From the NCBI GenBank assembly GCA_035544615.1, contig DATKEA010000126.1:50-64049 (forward strand): a DNA stretch of 64,000 bases, given 5' to 3'. The position numbers and the translations under genes are program-made. The DNA comes from Acidimicrobiia bacterium. GTDB taxonomy: Bacteria; Actinomycetota; Acidimicrobiia; Spongiisociales; ZC4RG35. Of the stretch, positions 6,630-15,942 are shown in pieces; the stretch's first letter is position 1, and each line of letters starts with the position of its first letter. The notes below the pieces were generated by a model. That model was not told where the DNA came from, searched no databases, and saw only the letters and a list, made by a program, of their open reading frames with translations.

Positions 6630-9600
6630 CTAAAAAATGCAGAACCCGTTGATCTCGATGCTTGCGGAGCCGGATGCCCGACCGTCGTCGACCTGGAACA
6701 CGAAGACGTCGTCATTGCCCGCGTTTCCGGCGGTGTAGTCGACCGTCGCCTCGGTGTCCGAGATCTTCTCGATGGCGCTGAGGGTGCCGAATTCGGGTCC
6801 ATCGATGATGGTGAACTGGAGCGGGTCTCCGTCGGCATCCGACCCGGTGAGGGTGATCGGGACCGTGGAGTTGCAGCTGACCTGCGTCGACCCGGGGTTC
6901 GCTATCGGCACGGCGTTGACCGGGTTGATCTCGATGGTCACCTGGGCTGAGGTGGTGCCCCCATTGCCATCGACCACGGTGTAGTCGAAGCTGTCCGACG
7001 TGGTAGCCGAGTCGTCGTGGCTGTACAGCACCACGTCTCCCATGATCTCGACCGAGCCGTGGGCCGGTGCCGAGGCAGCCACGATCGTCAAGGGGTCGTC
7101 TTCGGGGTCACTGTCATTGGCGAGCACGGCGATTCGGACTTGACCACCCTCGTTCACCGTCTCTTGGTCGTCCACGGCAAGGGGGCGGTCGTTCACCGGC
7201 GAAACCTCTATGGTCACCGTGGCTTCGTTCGAAGTGGCCTCACCGTCGGAGACCTGGTAGGTGAACGAATCCTCGCTGGACTCCGAACCATTGTGCCTGT
7301 AGGTGATCGCACCATCTGGGTTCAGCGTCACATCTCCGTTCTCAGGGAGTCGCACGATCTCGATGTTCAGGTCGTCCGAGTCGGGGTCGGTGTCGTTCGC
7401 CAACACCGAGATGAGGACCGAGCTCCCTTCCGACACTGTCTCGAAATCATCGGCCGCGGTAGGCGGCCGGTTCTGCTGGATTGTGGTGGTGGATGAACTC
7501 TCGACGGTCGTCGTGGTGGCGCCGGCGGTTGTGGTGGGTGCATCGTCGAGGCGGACCCCGACGCCTGTCAACTCGATGGTCTCCTCTCCCTCATCGGTGG
7601 TGATGCGCAATTCGCCTTGTGCCTCGCGTCTCGTCTCGCCAAAGTCGAGAATCGGGGCGAAGGTGACCCATAGGGCGCACTCCGACTCTGGTTCGACCCG
7701 AATTCGGACGAGGGCATCAGCCGGCTCGACCTGCTCGAACCGGCACTCGGGGACCTCCGGACCGTCCGCGACCGGCTCGGATTCGATGGCGGGCTGACCT
7801 GGGGCGCTACAGATCGGCCCTTCAGGTGCGACGACGCAAAAAGCCGGATCCCCAACGATCTCGATCCGGTGGACCGTGAGCTCCTCTTCCTCGTTGCTGA
7901 AGGTCTGGTACCGGTGACTGACGCTTCCAGTGGCCACCTCACCAAAATCGAGAACCGCGCCGGCCTCGGTCGTCTGGGCCCAGACGCCGATCACCATCAC
8001 CGCCCCGGCCAGGACCGCCCATCTCCTCCAAGTCGTGGCGAAACCGCCGGTGTGACCAAGGTTATGGGTGCTGATCGCGGCCCCAGGCATGTCCGCTGCG
8101 CGGCGCCGCAAGCGGAGGGCCCCCCTGAGACTGCGGCGTGCCTCTCGCTTGTTGCCCAGCATCAGCTGGCGCGTGCCTGCTTCGTGAAGCGCCCAGGCTT
8201 CGGCGCCTTTCGCACCGAGAGACCGAGCCGACCTCAGCGCTTGGTTGGTCGCCACTCCCCATGAGTCCCAGGCTCCCATCACCGCAAGGTGGGGAGCCAA
8301 CGCCATGGCCAGCAGCAGCACCCCTCGATGCCGGTCGCGTTCGACGCCCCACTCGAGCACCCGCAGGATGAACGCCCGCGATTCCTCGAGGCGGCGTGGG
8401 GCCGCCTCAGCGATCCATTGCACAGTCACTTCGAAGATCTCGCCGCGAATCGCTTCGAGGTCGACCGCCTCGACGATGGGCAGGTATTCGACGCCGGCGA
8501 GACGGTGGGCGGGCCCGTCGCCTATGACGTGACCCGACATCATCAGCCCGGTCATCCGTTCGGCAGACACACCGAGCCGCATCATCATCTCGCCTGGTGT
8601 GGCCAGATCGGGCCCGAAGGCCGCCAGGATCCCAAGCACCCGGTGATCGTCTTCGCTCAGGTCGTTTCCTGGGTCAGCAGCCGTCTCCTGCTTCCTGCCG
8701 AGCCACCCGGCCAATGAGAGCCCGCTTCCCCACGCTTCGTGAGCCAGCTTGGTGATCATCCCTGGGCCCGTCCCGTCCCGTCGGCAGAGCGCCACAACAG
8801 CGTCGGCCAGCTCAGAGGGAACTTCCTGGCCATAGCGAGCCCCGAACAGGGCGACGATGTCGGCGGGCTTCTCGAAGTCGGTCAGCGGGACCGCCTTTGT
8901 ATAGGCGAGAGGGCCGAGGTCTCTCTCTTTTGCCTCGTCGGAGGTGAGAACGAACGTGGAGCCGGGCACGTCGGCACGTAGACGGTCGACCTCATCGGCG
9001 CGGAGTCGCACACCGTCGACGAACACCAGAGCCCTCCTCGCCTGGAGGTCTGCTCTCAGCGCGGCATCGTCTGGGACGAAGGTGTGGTCGGCGACCCGGT
9101 ACAGCTCCGACCACAATGCCCGAAGCAGATCCCCTGCCCGCGGCCACGCCTCGCCTTCGATGTAGACGCCGACTCCATCGGGGTAACGCTCGATTGAGGC
9201 GTTGGGATCGTGGGCGACTCGGCGCAGCACGGACGTCTTTCCGATTCCGGGGACCCCCGACACACCCAGCAAGGACTCACCGGACCCGATTGCAGCCTTG
9301 AGACGGTCGACTACGTCGTTGCGATCCACGAACGGGTCCGGAGGGCGTGGGCCGTTGCTTGCCTGCAGCGGATGCCGTCTCATCGGCGTCGCCCGTGCGG
9401 TCAGATCGAATCGGCCCCCGTACCGGCTTCCGGTGTAGGTGCGACCGTTGGTGCCCTGAACCCTGATCAATTCACCTTGGACCCGAGTGACGTCGTGGGA
9501 GACCAGCTGCCCTAGCTCTTCGGGGCTTCGGAAGCGTCGGATGGTCACCCCCTCCTCGACGTGGCCGATCCGGTTGAGGAACGCCGACAGCTCCGGCTCA

Positions 9601-9938
9601 CGTTGGGCGGCGATCTTCTCGTAGATCAGACAAGCGACTCCGCTTCGGCGGGCCGCGTCGAATTCGTCGACGGTGTAAGCACCCTGGGTTTTCCAGAACA
9701 AACCCAGGTACACGTCGCTGTTGTAGAGGGCGTCGAGATAGGTCTGACGGGGCGGACCGGGACCCGCTCCTGCATCCACCTCATACAGCCAGGGGGCGTA
9801 GCCTGCCGCGGCGAGTACATCGCGGACTGCGGCGCGCTCAGGGGCCAACTCGGACATGCGTGAGCTGATGAAGACCCGCAGCGCATCGGCGGCTGCCACC
9901 TGCCTTCTTTCGACCGCGGGCACCTCTACGGATGTCAT
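6630..9938 (-). CDS. DUF4062-like (TIR-like) + NB-ARC/STAND P-loop NTPase + TM helix + extracytoplasmic Ig-like and cadherin-like repeats
   Basis: - Start ATG 9938, with GGAG 9-12 nt upstream
- RVFISSRMSELAPERAAV head
- Walker A GVSGVPGIGKTS
- TM helix WRRWAVLAGAVMVIGVWA after an Arg-rich stretch
- Then LDFGEV... and three to four ANDTDPDSDD / VNDRP repeats. Confidence 0.8.
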   Translation of the reverse strand: MTSVEVPAVERRQVAAADALRVFISSRMSELAPERAAVRDVLAAAGYAPWLYEVDAGAGPGPPRQTYLDALYNSDVYLGLFWKTQGAYTVDEFDAARRSGVACLIYEKIAAQREPELSAFLNRIGHVEEGVTIRRFRSPEELGQLVSHDVTRVQGELIRVQGTNGRTYTGSRYGGRFDLTARATPMRRHPLQASNGPRPPDPFVDRNDVVDRLKAAIGSGESLLGVSGVPGIGKTSVLRRVAHDPNASIERYPDGVGVYIEGEAWPRAGDLLRALWSELYRVADHTFVPDDAALRADLQARRALVFVDGVRLRADEVDRLRADVPGSTFVLTSDEAKERDLGPLAYTKAVPLTDFEKPADIVALFGARYGQEVPSELADAVVALCRRDGTGPGMITKLAHEAWGSGLSLAGWLGRKQETAADPGNDLSEDDHRVLGILAAFGPDLATPGEMMMRLGVSAERMTGLMMSGHVIGDGPAHRLAGVEYLPIVEAVDLEAIRGEIFEVTVQWIAEAAPRRLEESRAFILRVLEWGVERDRHRGVLLLAMALAPHLAVMGAWDSWGVATNQALRSARSLGAKGAEAWALHEAGTRQLMLGNKREARRSLRGALRLRRRAADMPGAAISTHNLGHTGGFATTWRRWAVLAGAVMVIGVWAQTTEAGAVLDFGEVATGSVSHRYQTFSNEEEELTVHRIEIVGDPAFCVVAPEGPICSAPGQPAIESEPVADGPEVPECRFEQVEPADALVRIRVEPESECALWVTFAPILDFGETRREAQGELRITTDEGEETIELTGVGVRLDDAPTTTAGATTTTVESSSTTTIQQNRPPTAADDFETVSEGSSVLISVLANDTDPDSDDLNIEIVRLPENGDVTLNPDGAITYRHNGSESSEDSFTYQVSDGEATSNEATVTIEVSPVNDRPLAVDDQETVNEGGQVRIAVLANDSDPEDDPLTIVAASAPAHGSVEIMGDVVLYSHDDSATTSDSFDYTVVDGNGGTTSAQVTIEINPVNAVPIANPGSTQVSCNSTVPITLTGSDADGDPLQFTIIDGPEFGTLSAIEKISDTEATVDYTAGNAGNDDVFVFQVDDGRASGSASIEINGFCIF

Positions 9939-10465
9939 CTCGAGTGGCTCCGGTGCGCGAAGGGGCGTTTCGCTCTGCGCCCCAGGACGTTGTGTTTCGG
10001 AAGCGGATGCTTCTTGCCAGGGTCGTGACGACTCATGATCTCTCCCGGCGCCCCGTGCTCCGTCGGATGCGATTCCGTGGGGCCCCGCCTCTATGGCGAG
10101 GTCCCCAAACCTACGGTTTCTGAGACGACATGCATATAGGGGTTGTTCCCCCAATAGATGCCCAAAGGGGACGTGAGATACTCGTTTGTGGCGAGGGCGT
10201 GAGCGACGAGGAAGCCGACGACGTGGCCGCATGTCTGGCGGCGGCCGGGGGCCCGAGTCGCCCCCGAAAGTAGGTTGGTCGAATCGGACTGAGATCCTGG
10301 CTGAAACAAGGACTGGCCAGCCCGAAGATCTTCATCAGCTATCGCAGGAGCGATGCGGGGGGACATGCGGGCCGGCTTCAAGCCGCCCTGGCCGACTACT
10401 ACGGCGACGGGGCCGTCTGGCTGGATCACGCCGACATCGGCCCGGGACAGGGATTCGCCGAGGCG

Positions 10466-12340
10466 TTGGAAGAGGCGCTGACCCACAGTGACGTCCTGCT
10501 GGCGATCATCGGGCCCGACTGGCTGACCGCAGAAAAGGATGGTCGTCGGCGTCTCGACGACCCCGACGACTGGGTGAGACGTGAGCTGGTCACCGGTCTC
10601 GGTCTGGGACGGGTCCAGGTGATTCCGGTGCTGGTCGGCGAGGCCCCCCTGCCCGTGCCCGAAGAACTGCCCGAGCCGCTGCAACGCATCCCCGCGCTGC
10701 AGGCGATAACGGTGCGTCCCGATCGGTTCGAGGACGACGTCGACCATCTCACCGAGCGAATCGGGGGATGGCGTCGTCGATGGCACGGCTTTCCCCTCTG
10801 GATGTGGCTGCTGGGGGCGGCTCTGGTGATCGGAGGGCTCACCGCGGCCCTCGTGGTGAGAGGCAACCGGCCCCCGCTGGTCGCCACCGAACAGGTCTCG
10901 GCCATCGGCGGAGTCCAGACCGAGATCGACATCGCACCCTGGGTCACCGATGAGGACCCGGCCGGGCTCGTCTTCTCCCCCGCCAACGAGACGGCTCATG
11001 GCGGGACCGTCGTCGACCTGGGCGGGGGGAAGGTCATCTACACCGGCCCGGGGAGGTACAGCGGACCCGACTCGTTCCAATTCACGGTCAGCGACAAGCA
11101 GGGGGCGACAACGAGCGGGACCGTGAACGTGACGGTCAGCCTGGGCCAGATCGGTGGTGATTTCAACGTGGCGGTGGCGAAGTTCTCGGCCACCGACCAG
11201 AACTCCGGCGCCAGTCTCTCCGAGGCCCTGTTCGACCAGATCGCCATCACCCTCGACGATGTGACCGATGTGAACATCGAAGTGGCCGGGCCAGACGAGG
11301 TGGGAGACCTGGCCGGCGACACTCCCGAAAGCCGAGCCGAAGCCGCCGCCGACCTGGCCGATCGGGTCGGTGCAGACGTGGTGGTCTACGGGACCCTCGA
11401 GATCCTCGAAGGCCTGTCGAACCTGTCTGCGGAGTTCTACTTGTCGAGTCGGGGTCTGACCGGTGCCGAAGAGCTGGCCGGGGTCTACCCGCTCGACAGC
11501 GTGCAGCTTGCCACCACCGACCCGATCGCCTTGAGCCAGGCCGCCTCCCGCTTTCTCGAGCCGAAGATCATCGCCCTCACCGAACTCGCCATCGGGCTCA
11601 GCCACTACCAACTCAACGAATACGCCGAAGCTGAGGAGCTGTTCGCGGAGGCGGAGGCCTCCTGGCCTAGCTCGGCAGGTCGCATCAACGGGCGGGAGGT
11701 CGTCTTGAGTCTGCTCGGCAATGTCAGCGGTCTGCAGAACGACCTCGACGCCGCCGACGACTACTACACCCAGGCCCTCGATCTCGACCCCGAGTACTCC
11801 CAGGCCCGCTTCGGAGCGGCCGAGATGCGGTTCCTGCGATCGATGGGATCGCTCTGCGGAGGAACCGGGGAGGCAGACGTGGCCGGACTGGAAGATGCCA
11901 TCCGCCAGTTCGAGGAGCTGATCGACCTCCCTGCACCTCCCCTCGCCTTTCACCCCGAACGTGCCCGGCTGGAGATCGGACGGATCTACGCGTGCCTCAC
12001 ACAGAACGGCGTCGACCGCCGTGATGAGGCCAGAGAGATCATCGAAGCCGTCATCGCCGACATCTCCGGCGAGACCAGACTGCGCGACCTGGAGGCCGAG
12101 GCCCACTTCGCTCTCGGCGCCTACCACCTGCTGAACAGGGATCGGCCGGCGGCCCTCGCCGAGTTCAACACCGCGGTCGAAACCACGGTGAATCCCATCC
12201 GCAAGAGCGGCTTCTATCTCTCCCTGGCCGAAATCCATCTTTGTCTGCTCGACCAGTCCGACCTGGCCGAGACCTACCTCCGTGCGGCCGAAGACCTGGC
12301 CGGGGAGCCTATGGAACCGATCGTCTGCGCCGCACCGTGA
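10466..12340 (+). CDS. TIR domain + TM helix + cadherin-like domain + TPR repeats
   Basis: The tracked TTG 10466 cuts the TIR domain. The in-frame upstream sequence from 10325 reads KIFISYRRSDAGGHAGRLQAALADYY... A DDWVRRE motif and TM helix FPLWMWLLGAALVIGGLTAALVV follow. The true start is unresolved (see finding). Confidence 0.75.
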   Translation: MEEALTHSDVLLAIIGPDWLTAEKDGRRRLDDPDDWVRRELVTGLGLGRVQVIPVLVGEAPLPVPEELPEPLQRIPALQAITVRPDRFEDDVDHLTERIGGWRRRWHGFPLWMWLLGAALVIGGLTAALVVRGNRPPLVATEQVSAIGGVQTEIDIAPWVTDEDPAGLVFSPANETAHGGTVVDLGGGKVIYTGPGRYSGPDSFQFTVSDKQGATTSGTVNVTVSLGQIGGDFNVAVAKFSATDQNSGASLSEALFDQIAITLDDVTDVNIEVAGPDEVGDLAGDTPESRAEAAADLADRVGADVVVYGTLEILEGLSNLSAEFYLSSRGLTGAEELAGVYPLDSVQLATTDPIALSQAASRFLEPKIIALTELAIGLSHYQLNEYAEAEELFAEAEASWPSSAGRINGREVVLSLLGNVSGLQNDLDAADDYYTQALDLDPEYSQARFGAAEMRFLRSMGSLCGGTGEADVAGLEDAIRQFEELIDLPAPPLAFHPERARLEIGRIYACLTQNGVDRRDEAREIIEAVIADISGETRLRDLEAEAHFALGAYHLLNRDRPAALAEFNTAVETTVNPIRKSGFYLSLAEIHLCLLDQSDLAETYLRAAEDLAGEPMEPIVCAAP

Positions 12341-12355
12341 CGAGGCGTATGGTTG

Positions 12356-13345
12356 ATGGCCAATCGGCGAGGAGAGTCGGGGATGAACCATTCTGCCGCA
12401 GCCACAGCGATCGCGCTCCTCTTGGTTGTCGCCTGCGGTGGTGACGCCGGGTCTACCACCACCTCCTCAGCGACCACCTCGACCAGCGTGCCCGGGACAT
12501 CGACTTCGACAGAGGCGGGTTCGACGACACAGCCGCCGACCACCCTCGACGGGACGGGCACCACCGGCACAACCGGCACCCCGGACACATTGCCGCCCGT
12601 CGTCGCCCAGGTCGCGTTTGCCTTCGCCGCGGGTGATGACCCGCGCCTGCTGGTTCGGGTGTCGGTGGGAGAGACTCCTGACGGTCCCTGGTCACCGGCC
12701 GGCAACTCCGATCCGACCCCGACGCTCTCCGGGCCGTCCTATTGGGTCCGTTTCGAGATCACAAATGTCGACCGACTCAATGCGGTGCTGACGGACCTCG
12801 ACATCTCCGGTTTCGAGGTCGGCTCGCCCCTCGGCGGAGATGTGTGTGAGCTCGATGCCCCGCTCCCGAAGGACGGCGAGGCGACATGCATCGCTGGCGG
12901 GTCGGATGGATTCCCGGTGCAGCCGGGACCCAATGACGTCGACTTCAACGTGTCAGGCGTCGGTCCTAGGCAGGGTGAGCCCGAGCGGTGGTTCGACCCG
13001 CCGGTCCCGACGAGTCTGGAGTTCACCGGCGCTCGGAACCGCTTCGTGCTGGTGTTCGACACGACCGAAGGAATACGGGTCGACGGCACTGCCGACTCCT
13101 CTCAATTCGAGATCGACATCGGAGGCCTGTCCGGAACCGTGAGCGTGGATTGCTCTGGGGGGAGCCCCTTTGGTGGGACACCTGGGCTGAAGGCGTATGT
13201 GATCGAGAACTACTCGGCCTCTGGGGACCGGGTAGGGGGATGCTCGGAGATACCCAGCGCGGTATTCGACTTCTTTGCCGACTTCGACAGCGACGAGGTC
13301 TATTTCTACGAAGGCGCCGTCACCGGCACCACCTCTGGCGGCTGA
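12356..13345 (+). CDS. secreted lipoprotein of unknown function
   Basis: Signal peptide with lipobox LLLVVAC-GG, then a Thr/Ser-rich linker. The start could be 12353, 12356 or 12383. Confidence 0.7.
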   Translation: MANRRGESGMNHSAAATAIALLLVVACGGDAGSTTTSSATTSTSVPGTSTSTEAGSTTQPPTTLDGTGTTGTTGTPDTLPPVVAQVAFAFAAGDDPRLLVRVSVGETPDGPWSPAGNSDPTPTLSGPSYWVRFEITNVDRLNAVLTDLDISGFEVGSPLGGDVCELDAPLPKDGEATCIAGGSDGFPVQPGPNDVDFNVSGVGPRQGEPERWFDPPVPTSLEFTGARNRFVLVFDTTEGIRVDGTADSSQFEIDIGGLSGTVSVDCSGGSPFGGTPGLKAYVIENYSASGDRVGGCSEIPSAVFDFFADFDSDEVYFYEGAVTGTTSGG

Positions 13346-13398
13346 GGCATCACGCCGGGGTCTCGAGCGCGTAGCCTCGGCACCGGAAAGGGGACTCG

Positions 13399-14370
13399 AT
13401 GGGCCACATCACTTTCGTTCACGGCATCATGAACCAACCGTCGACGGATCGGCTGCTCGCCATCTGGAGGAGGGACTTGGCGGACGGGGGCGACGGTGTC
13501 GATCTCGACGTCTACGGGGTCACCTCGTCGATGGTCTACTGGGCCGACGTCATGTACCCCGCAGCCACCGACGCCGGTGGCCCGGGCCAGGAGTCGATCG
13601 AATACGAGGGGATCGAGCCCGGCGCCCTCACCGAGGTCGACGAGTCCTACATCGACGACGCCGACGGTGCCGAGAGAGAATTCCTCGAGTCGATGATCGA
13701 AAGCTACGACCTCGACCACCCCGACGAGCCCGAAGGAGCCGAGGCAGGCCCTCCCGATCAGGCGGCCTCACCGTCGCCGGGCGCCGAGGCCAGGATGGCT
13801 GCAGCATCAGCCCTCGAGGCGGTTCCCCTCCCGTGGTTCATCAAACGACCCCTGATGAAGGTCCTGCTCCGCGACGTCCACCACTATCTGTTCAACACCA
13901 GTCACTCCCCGCGATCCGGCTCCACCTACAAGGTGCGCGACGAGGTGAGAAACCGGTTCGTTGGCGACCTGGCCGCGGTCGAGGACGGACCTCACATCGT
14001 GGTGGCACACAGTCTCGGCACGGTGGTCGCCTACGACTGCCTCAAACGGGTGGCGGACACCAAGAAAGTCGACATGCTCATCACCCTCGGCACCCCCCTC
14101 GGCATGTCCGAGATCCAGCACAATATGCGCCCAGAATGGTCTAAGGACGATGGATATCCCGACGGTCTGTCCCACTGGGTGAACGTGGCCGACACCATCG
14201 ACCCGGTCTGTGTCGCCGATCCGTTCATCGCCAACGACTACAAACGCAAGAAGGCCAGTGCGGTGAAAGACGAGACGGTGAACAACGGCGGGCTGTTCCG
14301 CCATCCGTCCGGCAAGTACTTCCGCCAGTCGGTGGTCCAGGAGGCGGTGCGAAGAGGGCTCGGTCTTTGA
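13399..14370 (+). CDS. alpha/beta-hydrolase (lipase/esterase-like), cytosolic
   Basis: GGAAAGGGGA RBS. ITFVHGI oxyanion-hole HG motif and VVAHSLGT nucleophile elbow (GxSxG). No signal peptide. Confidence 0.7.
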   Translation: MGHITFVHGIMNQPSTDRLLAIWRRDLADGGDGVDLDVYGVTSSMVYWADVMYPAATDAGGPGQESIEYEGIEPGALTEVDESYIDDADGAEREFLESMIESYDLDHPDEPEGAEAGPPDQAASPSPGAEARMAAASALEAVPLPWFIKRPLMKVLLRDVHHYLFNTSHSPRSGSTYKVRDEVRNRFVGDLAAVEDGPHIVVAHSLGTVVAYDCLKRVADTKKVDMLITLGTPLGMSEIQHNMRPEWSKDDGYPDGLSHWVNVADTIDPVCVADPFIANDYKRKKASAVKDETVNNGGLFRHPSGKYFRQSVVQEAVRRGLGL

Positions 14371-14373
14371 GGG

Positions 14374-15942
14374 ATGTCGTTTCTCGACTCCCCACTCGGT
14401 GAGCGGCTGACCGCAAGCCTCGACGCCGGCAAGCCCGATGACATCACAGCGGCCGTCGCCGAGATAGAGGCCAAGATCTGGAGCGGTGCGCTCGACTCGA
14501 TCCAGATCGACGAAGTGCTGGAGACGTTGCAGCGACACCGCCAGTTTCCTCACGTGATCACGATCGCCGACGCCGCGACCGCGGTGGATTCCATCACCAG
14601 CGCCGGTCGTCGTCGTTATTGCCAGATCCTCATCGAATCCGGCGCCCTGCATGCGGCCGAGCTCGCCTGCAGAGAGCTGCTCGAGGTGGCCGACAGCGCC
14701 ACAGAGCGAGGGGAGGCGCTCGGGCTCCTGGGGCGAATTTGCAAGCAGCGATTCGTCATCGGGGGCAGACCCGAGGACTTGTTGGCCGCCATCGACGCCT
14801 ACCGCTTCGCCTACGAGGGCGGCACCGATCGGGCCTGGCACGGGATCAACCTGTTGGCGCTCACCTGCCGCGCCGCCCGGGAGGGAATTACGGTGCCCAA
14901 TGCGGTCGACACCCGCTCCCTGACCACAACCATTCTCGCGGAGGTGAGAAAGACCGACCCCGAGGTACGCCAGGTCTGGCACCGTGCCACCGAGATCGAG
15001 GCACTTCTCGCTTCGGGAGACGATCCGAGTGCGCTCGACGAAGCGGTTGTCGCCGCAGGACAACTCGCCGCCAGTCGCAGTGTCCGCGCCTTCGAGTTGG
15101 AAAGCCTGCGCCGGCAATTGACCGACATCTGGCAACTGGAGTCGCATCACCCCCTCCTCGTCGCCATCGCCGATCAGAAGCTGCATCTCGGCGGCAGGGC
15201 GGATGTCGAGCTGCCCGAGTCGCCCCAGCAACTGGAGAAGATCTTCGGGACCGCGCTACCCGTGGGATACAAACATCTGATGCGGGGTCTGCACTGCGCC
15301 GAGTCGGTGGCCAAGATCACCGATGCCTCGGGTGAGCCCTGGGGCACCGGATTCCTGGTGGCAGGGAGTCTGATCCACCCCGACTTCGGGGAGGCACCGG
15401 TCCTGGTGACCAATGCCCATGTCTGCAGCCCCGAGCCGGGAGTGGGCAAGCTCCTTCCCGGCGAGGCCCGTGCCGTGTTCGATGTGACCAAGGCGGTTGA
15501 CGGGTCGGGTCTGGTCCTCACCGGCTTCGAGTGTCTTTGGAGCTCGCCGCCGGGCACCTGTGATGTGACGTTTCTCCGCTTGTCGGGGCCCGGGGCCGTC
15601 ATCACCCAGCCGATCGAGGTCGCCCAGATTCCCCAGCCCGTCACCGAGGGCGCCTATGTGTACGTCATCGGACATCCGGCCGGCGGGGGGCTCAAGTTCT
15701 CGATCCGGGGCAACGACCTTCTCGCTTACGACGCCGAGATGTTCAAGGTGCACTACACCGCCCCCACCGAGGGGGGCAGCTCTGGAAGCCCGGTGTTCAA
15801 CCAGGCATGGCAGCTGATGGCGGTGCATCATGCCGGAGACTCCAAGATGCGCCGTCTTGACGACCCCTCGGCCACCTATCAGGCCAACGAGGGGATAACG
15901 ATCAAGTCGATCAGAGAGGAGTACGAGCGCAGTGGACGATGA
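14374..15942 (+). CDS. N-terminal TPR-like (DUF4071/TRAFs-binding-like) domain fused to a trypsin-like serine protease
   Basis: GLLGRICKQRF...AIDAYRFAY...WHGINLLAL resembles DUF4071. The C-terminus has GTGFLV...LVTNAHV (His) and TEGGSSGSPVF (Ser). The start is 4 nt after the upstream stop. Confidence 0.8.
   Translation: MSFLDSPLGERLTASLDAGKPDDITAAVAEIEAKIWSGALDSIQIDEVLETLQRHRQFPHVITIADAATAVDSITSAGRRRYCQILIESGALHAAELACRELLEVADSATERGEALGLLGRICKQRFVIGGRPEDLLAAIDAYRFAYEGGTDRAWHGINLLALTCRAAREGITVPNAVDTRSLTTTILAEVRKTDPEVRQVWHRATEIEALLASGDDPSALDEAVVAAGQLAASRSVRAFELESLRRQLTDIWQLESHHPLLVAIADQKLHLGGRADVELPESPQQLEKIFGTALPVGYKHLMRGLHCAESVAKITDASGEPWGTGFLVAGSLIHPDFGEAPVLVTNAHVCSPEPGVGKLLPGEARAVFDVTKAVDGSGLVLTGFECLWSSPPGTCDVTFLRLSGPGAVITQPIEVAQIPQPVTEGAYVYVIGHPAGGGLKFSIRGNDLLAYDAEMFKVHYTAPTEGGSSGSPVFNQAWQLMAVHHAGDSKMRRLDDPSATYQANEGITIKSIREEYERSGR

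Noticed and set aside
10091-12391. 766-aa minus-strand ORF
   Set aside because: It is antisense to the TIR-TPR gene. It is rich in Gly/Arg/Pro/Asp with no recognisable motif, a typical stop-free shadow frame in high-GC DNA. The plus strand has clear domains.
13807-15231. 474-aa minus-strand ORF
   Set aside because: Antisense shadow of the hydrolase and protease genes, with no motifs.
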